Of a DNA stretch of 64,000 nt, positions 9,816 to 19,195 are shown piece after piece. Position 1 is the first letter of the stretch. The number at the start of each line of letters is the position of its first letter. Source of the DNA: Candidatus Bathyarchaeota archaeon (GTDB lineage: Archaea; Thermoproteota; Bathyarchaeia; Bathyarchaeales; Bathycorpusculaceae). Under the pieces are notes generated by a model that ran no database searches, was not told where the DNA came from, and worked only from the letters and a program-made list of their open reading frames with translations. The DNA is taken from the NCBI GenBank assembly GCA_963720565.1, contig CAVRFW010000003.1, forward strand, positions 96,001 through 160,000. Direction: 5' to 3'. The position numbers were made by a program, and so were the translations under genes.

Positions 9816-10267
9816 CTAATCTAAGTGGTCAGAGACGTTTGGCAGCTGAGATACTAAAAGTCGGCCAAAACCGAGTGTGGATTAACCCTGAACGGATTGA
9901 AGATGTTGAGGGAGCCATTACCAGAGAAGAAATAAGAAAGCTTGTTCATGAGAAAATCATTGTGCCTTTGCCTGAAAAAGGCGTTAGCAGATCTCGGGCA
10001 AAAACAGTTCAGGAAAAGAAACACAGGGGTCGACGCAAGGGCGTAGGTAGCTATACTGGCTCTGGACGGGCACGTGTTACCAAGAAAGAAGCTTGGATGA
10101 TAAAGATTCGATCGCTAAGGAAAAAACTTCGCGAGCTAAAGGCGAGCAGGGTCATCACTGAAACCACTTACAGGCAGTTGTATAAGATGGCGAGCAGTGG
10201 AAGGTTCGAATCTATTGCAGATTTGGTGCGGTACTTGAAGGCTCATGAATTGTGGAGGAAACGTTAA
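9812..10267 (+). CDS. rpl19e: 50S ribosomal protein L19e
   Basis: QRRLAAEILKVGQNRVW, AITREEIR and WMIKIRSLR motifs. Confidence 0.97.
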   Translation: MTNLSGQRRLAAEILKVGQNRVWINPERIEDVEGAITREEIRKLVHEKIIVPLPEKGVSRSRAKTVQEKKHRGRRKGVGSYTGSGRARVTKKEAWMIKIRSLRKKLRELKASRVITETTYRQLYKMASSGRFESIADLVRYLKAHELWRKR

Positions 10268-10905
10268 TGGGTCATGGGGCAACATATCGTGTGGCGCCAA
10301 GACGTAGGCGAGAGGGAAAAACAGACTATCAGGCGAGAAAGGCATTGGTTCTTTATGGGAAACCTCGTCTCGTAGCTAGGGGTACATCAAAAAACATTGT
10401 CGCCCAACTTATCGCTGCTAAGCCTCATGGTGACGAAGTGTTGGCTTCAGCGCACAGTCGAGAGTTAGTCAAGTTCGGATGGAAAGCTCCTAAGGGTAAT
10501 GTCCCGGCAGCTTATCTAACTGGTCTTTTGTGCGGGCTGAAGGCTAAGAAAAAAGGTGTAGAGTCGGCGAATCTGGATATTGGGCTGGTGTCTCCTGCCA
10601 GAGGCTCTAGGATTTTCGCTGTTTTGAGCGGGGTTGTCGATGCAGGTGTTAATGTACCTCATGATGAGGCGAAAATCGTAAAGGAGCGGATTAAAGGAGA
10701 TCACATTGCAAAATATGGGAAGAGTCTAGGGGTTGACACTGAGGTTTACTCGGCAAGATTTTCAAAGTACTTGGAGCAAAAACTGTCTCCTGAAAAAATT
10801 CCTGACCACATTGCTAAAGTCAAAGCCGAAATCGTCAGTTCGTTTACGCAGGAAACTAAGAAGGATGAAAAGAAGACTGTTAGGAAGAAGGTTAAGAAAG
10901 AATGA
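10267..10905 (+). CDS. rpl18: 50S ribosomal protein L18 (uL18)
   Basis: RRRREGKTDY, NVPAAYLTG and LDIGL motifs. Confidence 0.96.
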   Translation: MGHGATYRVAPRRRREGKTDYQARKALVLYGKPRLVARGTSKNIVAQLIAAKPHGDEVLASAHSRELVKFGWKAPKGNVPAAYLTGLLCGLKAKKKGVESANLDIGLVSPARGSRIFAVLSGVVDAGVNVPHDEAKIVKERIKGDHIAKYGKSLGVDTEVYSARFSKYLEQKLSPEKIPDHIAKVKAEIVSSFTQETKKDEKKTVRKKVKKE

Positions 10906-11546
10906 GTCGCTATAAGGAAAGAGAAACAACCCGCTCAGAAGAGTGGGTTCCCAAAACCCGCCTGGGCAAGATGATTCAGGAAGGCAAAATAACATCCATA
11001 GATGAGGTCTTCTTGAGTGGACTAAAAATTTCAGAGTCACAAATTGTTGACTCGTTGCTTCCCGACTTACAGGAGGAAGTAATTAATGTTAACTTGGTTC
11101 AGAAGCAGACAGATGCGGGTGAAAAATCCCGGTTTAAAGCCATCGTTGCAGTGGGTAACAGGGACGGCTATATCGGCTTAGGCGCTGGGAAGGCAAGCCA
11201 AGTCAGAAACGCTATTGAGAAGGCTGCAGCGAATGCAAGATTGAATATTGTTCCAGTCAAACGCGGATGTGGAAGTTGGGAGTGCGGTTGTGGAAAACCT
11301 CATTCGGTGCCGTTCCAAGTTGAGGGTCAATGTGGAGGCGTCAGAGTAGTCATTGTTCCAGGGCCGAGAGGTTTAGGTCTAGTATCGAGTGAAGTTGCAA
11401 AGGTCATTCTGAGTCTAGCTGGCGTGAGCGACCTTTGGATGAGAAGCTATGGTTCGACTAGAACGGTACCATCTTACGCTTACGCCATTTTTGATGCGCT
11501 ACGGAAGTCCTACAGTTTGATTACTCAAGCGGATTGGGTGAAGTAG
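10902..11546 (+). CDS. rps5: 30S ribosomal protein S5 (uS5)
   Basis: WVPKTRLG, VQKQTDAG, RGCGSWEC and PGPRGLG motifs. Confidence 0.97.
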   Translation: MSRYKERETTRSEEWVPKTRLGKMIQEGKITSIDEVFLSGLKISESQIVDSLLPDLQEEVINVNLVQKQTDAGEKSRFKAIVAVGNRDGYIGLGAGKASQVRNAIEKAAANARLNIVPVKRGCGSWECGCGKPHSVPFQVEGQCGGVRVVIVPGPRGLGLVSSEVAKVILSLAGVSDLWMRSYGSTRTVPSYAYAIFDALRKSYSLITQADWVK

Positions 11547-11547
11547 T

Positions 11548-12036
11548 GTGGTTGGAAAGGTTGAAGAGCGCAAGTGTATTGTTGCCGTGAAGGTCCGTGG
11601 CACCATTAGCGCACAGCGTGAAGCCATTGAAACGCTAAAAATGCTTCATTTGACAAGGACAAATCATGCGGTATTGATTGACAATCGCCCGGCTTTTCAA
11701 GGTATGCTTCAGAGAGTACAGAGCTACGTGACTTGGGGCGAAGTGACTAAAGAGACCGTAGCTTCAATGCTGCAGAAGCGTGGAAGACTTGTTGGTGACA
11801 AAAAAATATCAGACGAGTATATTCAAAAAATAGGCTTCAGCTCAATTGAAACTCTAGCAGATGCCATAGCAACATGCAAAGTAGAGCATCAGAAACTGCT
11901 CAGTATGCAGCCAATTTTCAGATTGCATCCTCCAAGTAGAGGCTTCAAAGGGAAAACGAAAAAGAATTATCGCGCCGGCGGCGAGGCTGGATATCGCGGT
12001 GAAGCCATAAACGAGCTCGTAAGACGTATGGTCTAA
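11548..12036 (+). CDS. rpl30: 50S ribosomal protein L30 (uL30, archaeal long form)
   Basis: YVTWGE, FRLHPP and GYRGEAINELVRRM motifs. Confidence 0.96.
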   Translation: MVGKVEERKCIVAVKVRGTISAQREAIETLKMLHLTRTNHAVLIDNRPAFQGMLQRVQSYVTWGEVTKETVASMLQKRGRLVGDKKISDEYIQKIGFSSIETLADAIATCKVEHQKLLSMQPIFRLHPPSRGFKGKTKKNYRAGGEAGYRGEAINELVRRMV

Positions 12037-12051
12037 GACTTTGTTCTAACG

Positions 12052-12071
12052 CGCTTTAGCCTTTTTTTCTT
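12052..12071 (+). terminator. Putative oligo-T archaeal terminator after rpl30
   Basis: GCCTTTTTTTCTT tract about 25 nt after the stop, followed by a gap and a new TATA-like TTTTATAAG near 12162. Confidence 0.4.
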
Positions 12072-12201
12072 GCAGACACAGTAGACAGACTGGCAGTTCC
12101 ATGACAACATAGAAAGTACCATGATAATCAATTCTGAATCCTAATCAGCGCTTCGCATTGTTTTTATAAGCTAAATTCCACACTGCTGAGAAGGTTCCGC
12201 A

Positions 12202-12813
12202 ATGATGATGGATGTTGCAGCGTTCAAGTTAACTCAGTTTGCTGTCCTGCTCGTTTTTGCCATATTCATATCAGATTTTAGGAAAAAGAAAGGCATAACG
12301 CCGCTTGTCAGCGAAAGACTGACCCTGCTAATGAAGATATCCTATTTTGTTCCTTTGATTGCCTTTGTGTACGTGCTAATCACGCTAAACACTGTTTTGT
12401 CCTTCGACATTATAACGTTGGGATTGACCTTTATTGGGACAGCCATTGTCGTCAGAGCGAAATTAGATCTATCACGGCACCATACTTGGACAGGATATTG
12501 TTTGCATGGTTCAAAATTCACAACCAAAGGCATCTATGCCTACATTCGCCACCCCATTTACACTGGGATATATGTTTTTGTAATAGGTGGCTTCTTCACA
12601 GTAATTCCGCACGCAAGCTGGCAATTATCAACAACACTAGCGGTAACTGCCCTCTTTTGCATGGCATACATAATGGCTTTCCTCGCACTACTTGCAAACA
12701 AAGAGACCAACACGCTGCTGCGCCAACACGGTGTGAAATTCCAAAAATACAAAGAGAAAGTTCATCCCTTTTTTCCGCTGAGAAAATACAAAGTTACAGA
12801 GACAATCGGCTAG
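12202..12813 (+). CDS. Isoprenylcysteine carboxyl methyltransferase / PEMT-family membrane protein
   Basis: Multiple TM helices; GIYAYIRHPIYTG signature; C-terminal E..L...G..FQKYKEKV.FFP pattern. Confidence 0.85.
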   Translation: MMMDVAAFKLTQFAVLLVFAIFISDFRKKKGITPLVSERLTLLMKISYFVPLIAFVYVLITLNTVLSFDIITLGLTFIGTAIVVRAKLDLSRHHTWTGYCLHGSKFTTKGIYAYIRHPIYTGIYVFVIGGFFTVIPHASWQLSTTLAVTALFCMAYIMAFLALLANKETNTLLRQHGVKFQKYKEKVHPFFPLRKYKVTETIG

Positions 12814-12947
12814 AATGTATCCAAGCGTTCTCTTAGGTAATGAATCTAAGACAAATGATCCTGTAATGCTCTGTTTCTTCTCTTCTTTTAAATGCGATAC
12901 ATTTTATAGTTACTCTGAAGATGCCATTGTGAATAGGAGAAACAGAC

Positions 12948-13400
12948 TTGAGCGCGAAATGGCGGAGAAGCAAGAAACATATGCGATGGCTAGATTTTCC
13001 GGATATGGAAAAACCCAGCGCCCGACTTGCACCTAAGACGATGCGACTAGACCCAATTCGAACCGCCAGAACCGCTCACACTCAGAATTACCACATGCCC
13101 AGAAACTATCGCAAGAAGAACTGGAAAGAACCCAAACCACTTATTGACATCTTCCAAGAGAAAGCTTGGATTACAATAGTAGCGGAAATCGCAGGCTTTA
13201 ATAAGGAAACCCTCAAAATAGAGGTGAAAGACCAGAAATTAACCTTGTCTGCAAAAGCGAAAGATCGCAGATATTATAAAAGTTTAAATCTGCCGAAAGA
13301 AGTCATTCCAAACGTTATGCACACAACCTACAAAAACGGTGTGCTTGAAATCAAACTAAAGAAAGCCGAAAAAGAACCAACAATCAATAGAAGAAGTTGA
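12948..13400 (+). CDS. Hsp20/alpha-crystallin family protein
   Basis: EPKPLIDIF, YYKSLNLP and TYKNGVLEIKLKK alpha-crystallin motifs; basic N-terminal arm; start uncertain. Confidence 0.88.
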   Translation: MSAKWRRSKKHMRWLDFPDMEKPSARLAPKTMRLDPIRTARTAHTQNYHMPRNYRKKNWKEPKPLIDIFQEKAWITIVAEIAGFNKETLKIEVKDQKLTLSAKAKDRRYYKSLNLPKEVIPNVMHTTYKNGVLEIKLKKAEKEPTINRRS

Positions 13401-13404
13401 AAAT

Positions 13405-13839
13405 ATGCCGCACAAACTTAGAAAGATTAGAAAAACCCGCGGGTCTAGAACTCAAGGCTACGGAAGAATAGGTCAACATCGTGATGCAGGATCAAAAGGG
13501 CATAGGAAAGTTGGACGCCACAAGCACCTGTGGAGCTACGTCTCAACATACGAGCCCGACTACTTTGGCAAACACGGCTTCACTTCACCCCAAAGCCTTA
13601 AACGCAAAGAAAAGACCCTCAACCTGGAGAAGCTTGAAGAACTATCTCACAATTTTCAGGTTGAAGAGGGCAAGCTGAACGTAGATTTGACTAGCTTGGG
13701 CTTCACCAAACTACTAGGAACGGGGAAAATCACAAAACCGTTAACCGTGACAATCGCAACTTGTTCAAAAACCGCAGCTGAAAAAATTAAGAAAGCTGGC
13801 GGAGAAGTATTGCTCGCGTCTCAGGAAAACGGAGAGTAG
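13405..13839 (+). CDS. rpl15: 50S ribosomal protein L15 (uL15)
   Basis: RGSRTQGYGR, YFGKHGF, KLLGTG and AEKIKKAGG motifs. Confidence 0.96.
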   Translation: MPHKLRKIRKTRGSRTQGYGRIGQHRDAGSKGHRKVGRHKHLWSYVSTYEPDYFGKHGFTSPQSLKRKEKTLNLEKLEELSHNFQVEEGKLNVDLTSLGFTKLLGTGKITKPLTVTIATCSKTAAEKIKKAGGEVLLASQENGE

Positions 13840-13848
13840 TATTGCTAA

Positions 13849-15265
13849 ATGGCCGGAAGATTCCTAAGCCTTTTCAAGCCTCTCGGAAGAATACTTCCTG
13901 AGATAAAAGTCCCTGCTCGAAAGGTCAGCTTCAACGAAAAGATCTTCTGGACGGCCATAGTTTTAATCGTGTATTTGGTCATGTCGGAGATTTCCCTATA
14001 CGGAATTAGCTCAAACATACAAGACCAATTTGGCGCTCTTCGAGTAATTTTCGCTTCAAACCGTGGCACGCTGATGGAGCTAGGTATCGGTCCCATAGTA
14101 ACGGCAGGCTTGATTTTGCAGCTGCTTTCGGGTTCAGCAATAATAAACTGCGACATGTCTAACCCGGAAGACAGAGGACTCTTCACAATCGCTAGCAAAG
14201 TTTTCTCGATAGTTCTAACAGGAATCCAAGCCGGCGCATACCTGATAAGTGGCATGTACGGCAATTTCGGAGACCTAGGTACAGCTTCAATAGTGATATT
14301 CATACAACTTATAGCGGCAGGCATAATCGTAATGTTGCTGGACGAGTTAGTCCAGAAAGGATGGGGACTAGGCAGCGGAATCAGCCTCTTTATAATGGCA
14401 GGCGTTGCCCAAAACATCATGTGGTCCTCTTTTTCTCCACAGTCTGGTCTATTTGTGGGTTCGCTCTCCCTGCTGTTAGGCGGCGGTCAATCGTTAACGT
14501 CGTGGATAGTCGGCGAAGCATATGCAAGTTCGCTAATTGGTCTAATCGCCACAATAGGCGCGTTCTTGGCTGTAATCTACTTGCAGGGGGTTAGAATTGA
14601 ACTCCCATTGACATATGCTGGATACAAGGGTTTCCGCAGTCGGTATCCGATTAAACTCTTGTACGTTTCCAACCTTGCCAGTTATTTTTGCTTCCGCGCT
14701 TTTCGCCAACGTTTACTTCTTTTCCCAACTAATATGGAACACAAGCAACTCCAACAACTCAAACTTTTGGCTGAATCTTCTGGGTACGTATAAATACGTA
14801 ACTTCAGGCAATAGCACCAGCCTGCAACCATCAGGCGGATTGGTTTACTACGTGACGGCGCCTAACAGTCTTCAAGCAGTCGCCGCTGAACCAATAAGAG
14901 CTGCTGTCTACTTAGCCATCCTAGTGGGTTTCTGCGCTGCGTTCTCTCTTATTTGGCTTGAAGTTGGCGGTCTTGGTCCAGACAAAGTTGCTAAACAACT
15001 CATGGATGCAGGTATGCAGATTCCAGGTTATAGACGGTCGGGAAGACCAATTGAGGCAATTCTGAAGCGTTACATTCCAGTTGTCACAGTTCTAGGCGGA
15101 ATTATTATAGGATTGATTGCCGGCGTAGCGGATTTCCTGGGTGTTTTCGGCTCAGGAACAGGTATCATGCTGGCGGTGGGCATAATCTATCAGTATTACG
15201 AATTGCTAATGCGTGAAAGAGCTTCTGAAATGTTCCCTGCTTTCAGGAGAATTCTCGGCGAGTAA
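13849..15265 (+). CDS. secY: Preprotein translocase SecY (split by an apparent +1 insertion near 14673)
   Basis: GTLMELGIGPIVTAG, LLDELVQKGWGLGSGISLFI, YPIKLLYVSN|LPVIF, QIPGYRRS and GSGTGIMLAV motifs, spread over two overlapping ORFs (13849-14793 and 14615-15265). Confidence 0.95.
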
Positions 15266-15625
15266 GGTTCCAAAGGAGCAACTGGGAACCGAAGTCCGTT
15301 TATTCTCTCTCCCTCTCATTTGGGCATGATAGCTTGGTAGTCATCTTCCAGAAACTACGTTTCTATCCTACAGTTTTTCTTTAGGCGGCAGTACGGTGTA
15401 GCATAGTGAATATTGGTCAACTATTACCAAAACACGACCACTTCAGAATTACAGTTCATTATCGGAAGATTAGAATGTGTTAAAAAGAGATGTAAAACTG
15501 CCTTGAATTAGTTCTTTCTGAAAGCAATGTTTTTCCATGAGAGTGCCTGAAACTGAAAATGGTTATTAACAAGAACACAAATAGGCTTAAAAGAGTCTGT
15601 GACAAAGCGGGGAAAAAAGTAGACA

Positions 15626-16105
15626 ATGTCAGCTATTGATATTTCAATTATACCGTTTTCAACAGTGTTGATTTTGCTAATTACATTTGCTGTTTCACTA
15701 ATCAACATGATTATCAACCGCGTGTTGGTTAGCCGTATGGTGGGCTGGGAAGAATACAGGGCAATGCAGAAGGAAATCGCTGAACATCGTTCTCAGACTA
15801 TGAAGGCGGTGCGGGCAAACGACAAGAAAATGGTTGAGAAACTGAAAAGGAAAGATGCACAGATCAACCAAATGCAAATGAAGATGAGCAAACCCCAGAT
15901 GCTACTTTTGCCAATTAGTTTTGTTTACATACTTATCTGGTGGTTCTTTCTAAATCCAGCATACATAACCCCTGGAGGAATTGCGATTCCTGTGGCAATC
16001 GTGCCTGGAATAGGTGGAATACCAGTGCTTTACTGGTACATGCTCTGCTCTTTCATGTTCGGAACACTAGTCTCTAAAATGTTAGGCGTAACCCCGATTG
16101 AATAG
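15626..16105 (+). CDS. DUF106 / EMC3-TMCO1-like membrane insertase (Oxa1 superfamily)
   Basis: TM helix, coiled coil, KPQM, TM, then WYMLCS motif; usual position between secY and cmk. Confidence 0.88.
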   Translation: MSAIDISIIPFSTVLILLITFAVSLINMIINRVLVSRMVGWEEYRAMQKEIAEHRSQTMKAVRANDKKMVEKLKRKDAQINQMQMKMSKPQMLLLPISFVYILIWWFFLNPAYITPGGIAIPVAIVPGIGGIPVLYWYMLCSFMFGTLVSKMLGVTPIE

Positions 16106-16132
16106 TGTTGGCTGCTCTGCTGAGGTTGCGTT

Positions 16133-16747
16133 ATGGACAAACCTGTAGACGACAAGTATTGTGTTGGAAAGAGAATAGTTGTTTGTATTTCCGGAATGGC
16201 TGGAACTGGAAAAAGCACCCTATCCAGGAAGCTTGCCCAAAAATACAAACTTCGGCATTATTCAGGTGGCGATGCTCTGAAGGAGTTGGCTGCAGAGGAA
16301 GGCTACACTGTATCTGGTCCTGGCTGGTGGGAAAGCTCTGAAGGTCTCAGTTTCCTGGAAAAGAGAGGAAAAGACGAAAAATTCGACAAGGCAGTAGATG
16401 ACAAGTTATTGGAATATGCTAGGCAAGGCAACGTTCTCCTAGACAGTTGGACAATGCCTTGGTTACTTCCATATGGCTTTAAAATCTGGTTGTCTGCTTC
16501 CGTCGAGAAAAGAGCAGAGAGAATTGTCAAACGAGATAATACAACTATCAGAGAAGCCTTGGACGTCATGAAAGAACGAGAAAGCAAAACCAAGGCTATC
16601 TACCAGAAACTCTATGGCTTCGCGCTTGGTGAAGATTTCGCGCCTTTCCATCTTGTTATGGACACTGACAATTTGGATGCAGATGAGGTTTTTCGGGTTC
16701 TCTGCAAAGTATTGGATAATATGGTGTTCAGTAACAAAGACCGGTAG
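16133..16747 (+). CDS. cmk: Cytidylate kinase (archaeal type)
   Basis: ISGMAGTGKST P-loop; FKIWLSAS..KRAERI and YQKLYG motifs. Confidence 0.9.
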   Translation: MDKPVDDKYCVGKRIVVCISGMAGTGKSTLSRKLAQKYKLRHYSGGDALKELAAEEGYTVSGPGWWESSEGLSFLEKRGKDEKFDKAVDDKLLEYARQGNVLLDSWTMPWLLPYGFKIWLSASVEKRAERIVKRDNTTIREALDVMKERESKTKAIYQKLYGFALGEDFAPFHLVMDTDNLDADEVFRVLCKVLDNMVFSNKDR

Positions 16748-16847
16748 TTTTTCAACAGCCTTGATTTTTCTCTTGATTGAGTCTACCGAGTTTCTACTGC
16801 TATTTTAGTGGGGAGCAAAATCTGTTTACTTTTATGTCCAAAATCCG

Positions 16848-17939
16848 TCAATTTCTGTGAAGGTTAACCAAGCCTTGAGGTTTGGAGCTGTTTTTCTTTA
16901 AGAGGAACCTTGCATTTTTCCATTGGTCCCTAGCTAGCGTCAAGTTACCGTATGGTCCACCGTGAAGTGAATAGAAGATGTAGCACAAGTAGGTGCATTG
17001 TGTACACTCGTTGTAGGTTTTGCGTAGCGAGTTGAATTGGTCGCTCTTCCATATTTTGGGTAAGTCAAATATGGACGCGGCAAAGTTGTTGTTGTGACAT
17101 CCGGCTATTCTGCCTAGATGGTCTACGACGAGAAAGTTCTGAAGGGCGTGGCATTTCCATGTTCGTTTGCCTTCTTTGTAGAGGCTTTTCATGGTGTTTA
17201 GCAGTTTGTTGGTTATCAATATGTTTTTGTTTTTCTTTTTCATTTCCTTAAGGGAATCACAAAGTTTTGCCATTGCCTGCGAATCTGTTATGGTGAGTTC
17301 ATCATTGTTCTTGCCAATTCTAAAAAGTTGATTAACATCATTTGACTCATCGAAAGTATAGAGGCAATACCAAACCGGAATCCCTTTCTGTGAAAAGAAA
17401 TTTGTGATATCTACTATCTCATTCAGGTTTAGCTGCGAGATTGTAGGCGTAACACTAACATTTATTCCTTCATTGTGTAGTGTTTCAACAGTTTCAATGG
17501 CCGTTTTCCAAGAGCCTTGTACACCTTTTATGTAGTCATTTTTTTCTGGATCTAGGCTATCGATTGAAATAGCTACGAAGTCTACATTTCGTAAGGCATC
17601 AATTTTCTTGGCAGCCATGCTCCCGTTGTCGTATACTGTTGTAACGAAAAAGCGCGAGGCATAGTTGATTATCTCATCTATGTCTTCTCTTAAGAGAGGG
17701 TCTCCTCCAGACAGCACGAGTTCGACGACCCCGAGGTCGTTCAGTATTTCCAGACCTCTTTTTATCTCGTCTGTGGATAGTTCTCTTTGGTCTTGCTCCT
17801 TCCAGACGTTACAACCTCTGCAATGATAGTTGCATTTTCTTGTTATCATCCACTGAGCGTGATGAGGCTTGCTAGGAAGAAGTGAACGTGCTGCAACAGT
17901 CGCTGTTTTCCTGATTCTCGAGGTCAAATAATGTTTCAC
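16848..17939 (-). CDS. Radical SAM protein with C-terminal SPASM/twitch-like domain
   Basis: CNYHCRGC cluster motif, LSGGDPLL, ISIDS; C-terminal Cys pattern CHAL..GRIAGC..CTQC..LC. Confidence 0.9.
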   Translation of the reverse strand: MKHYLTSRIRKTATVAARSLLPSKPHHAQWMITRKCNYHCRGCNVWKEQDQRELSTDEIKRGLEILNDLGVVELVLSGGDPLLREDIDEIINYASRFFVTTVYDNGSMAAKKIDALRNVDFVAISIDSLDPEKNDYIKGVQGSWKTAIETVETLHNEGINVSVTPTISQLNLNEIVDITNFFSQKGIPVWYCLYTFDESNDVNQLFRIGKNNDELTITDSQAMAKLCDSLKEMKKKNKNILITNKLLNTMKSLYKEGKRTWKCHALQNFLVVDHLGRIAGCHNNNFAASIFDLPKIWKSDQFNSLRKTYNECTQCTYLCYIFYSLHGGPYGNLTLARDQWKNARFLLKKNSSKPQGLVNLHRN

Positions 17940-18222
17940 TAACCAGATTCGTCTGTGGTAAAATATTCAGACCGCAACTATAAAAACCATAGTGCACTAT
18001 TTGGGTCAACCAAAAGACCAACAGTTCGGTACGGCAGAACTTGAGAGAAATATCCATTTATCAGGAGGAGCTTTCGCCAAGCTTTTTAGGGTGGAACCGT
18101 GAGAACCATACACCAAGTATGCTCAATGAAGCTGGTCTGATTGGCTATCTGAGTACAACCAGGACACTATAGAAAGGGAGTCAGGGCTAGCTTCAGAAGA
18201 TTTGACTAAGGAATAATGGAAT

Positions 18223-18966
18223 GTGACTATGGATCCCATTGATGTAGTGCTGTTGACGAAAGATAGCGAACGAATTCTCGAGGGTTGCCTCAAATCGGTT
18301 TATCGGAACGTCCCTGTCAGAAGACTCATTGTTGTTGACGGTTACTCTATAGATAGGACTATTGAAATTCTACGCAAGTTTAACGATGACTACAAAAATG
18401 TTAAAATCATTTATGACCGCGGAACCCGAGCAACTGCTAGGCAGAAAGGAATTGAAAATGTTGAAACTGAATGGTTCATGTTTGTAGACAGCGACGTCGT
18501 TTTATGCAGAGATTGGTACGGGAAAGCCTTGAAATACGTAAACGCTGATGTTGGAGCGGTATGGGGCATAGAAGTATGGTCGACTATTAGGAACCAAGCA
18601 ACACTGAAAATGTTTTTACGTATAACTCGCAAATTGTTCGAGCTCCGCGGTGGAACACATGACACACTTATCCGGACATGCTTGGTGAAAGACATTCGAA
18701 TCCCGAGAGACCTCCACGTTTTTGAGGACGCTTATGTGAAAGACTGGATAACTGCGAAAGGTTACCGCGCTGTTGCGTGTTACGATCCATACTGTATCCA
18801 TTTCAGACCAGAGAACGTGTGGACCCTGAAAGGAAGTCTGTCCCTAATAGCTGACGCTATGAGATGCGGCGGTCCAAGTCTCATTGTCAGACTAACACTC
18901 GCCTACGGTTTCTACACAGCATATTCAATGTATCAATTGTTCACAAATAGGAGCAGAGGATCCTAG
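18223..18966 (+). CDS. Glycosyltransferase family 2
   Basis: IVVDGYSIDRT, ARQKG and FVDSD (DxD) motifs. Confidence 0.9.
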   Translation: MTMDPIDVVLLTKDSERILEGCLKSVYRNVPVRRLIVVDGYSIDRTIEILRKFNDDYKNVKIIYDRGTRATARQKGIENVETEWFMFVDSDVVLCRDWYGKALKYVNADVGAVWGIEVWSTIRNQATLKMFLRITRKLFELRGGTHDTLIRTCLVKDIRIPRDLHVFEDAYVKDWITAKGYRAVACYDPYCIHFRPENVWTLKGSLSLIADAMRCGGPSLIVRLTLAYGFYTAYSMYQLFTNRSRGS

Positions 18967-19195
18967 ATTGGTACAAGCTTGTAGGCAGAAGTTCACCTTT
19001 CATAATCAACTGGACTAAATAGATAGGATACAAAATCTATTGTGATGGCGATACTTTTTGCATTTTAAGTCCCTGCAAACTGTAACTTGCACAGCGACTT
19101 AGTTTATTTTCACATTGGTGGTATACGGATTTTGTTACCCGTTTTTCATTTTCAATTGGTTTGTTCTGTTGGCAATTGAAGGCGGCAAAAAGTTT

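Noticed and set aside
13849..15265. secY, topA and btuC as pseudogenes or programmed frameshifts
   Set aside because: These are essential or intact-looking genes, the breaks are extra-base insertions, and there is no common slippery site. Assembly error is more parsimonious.
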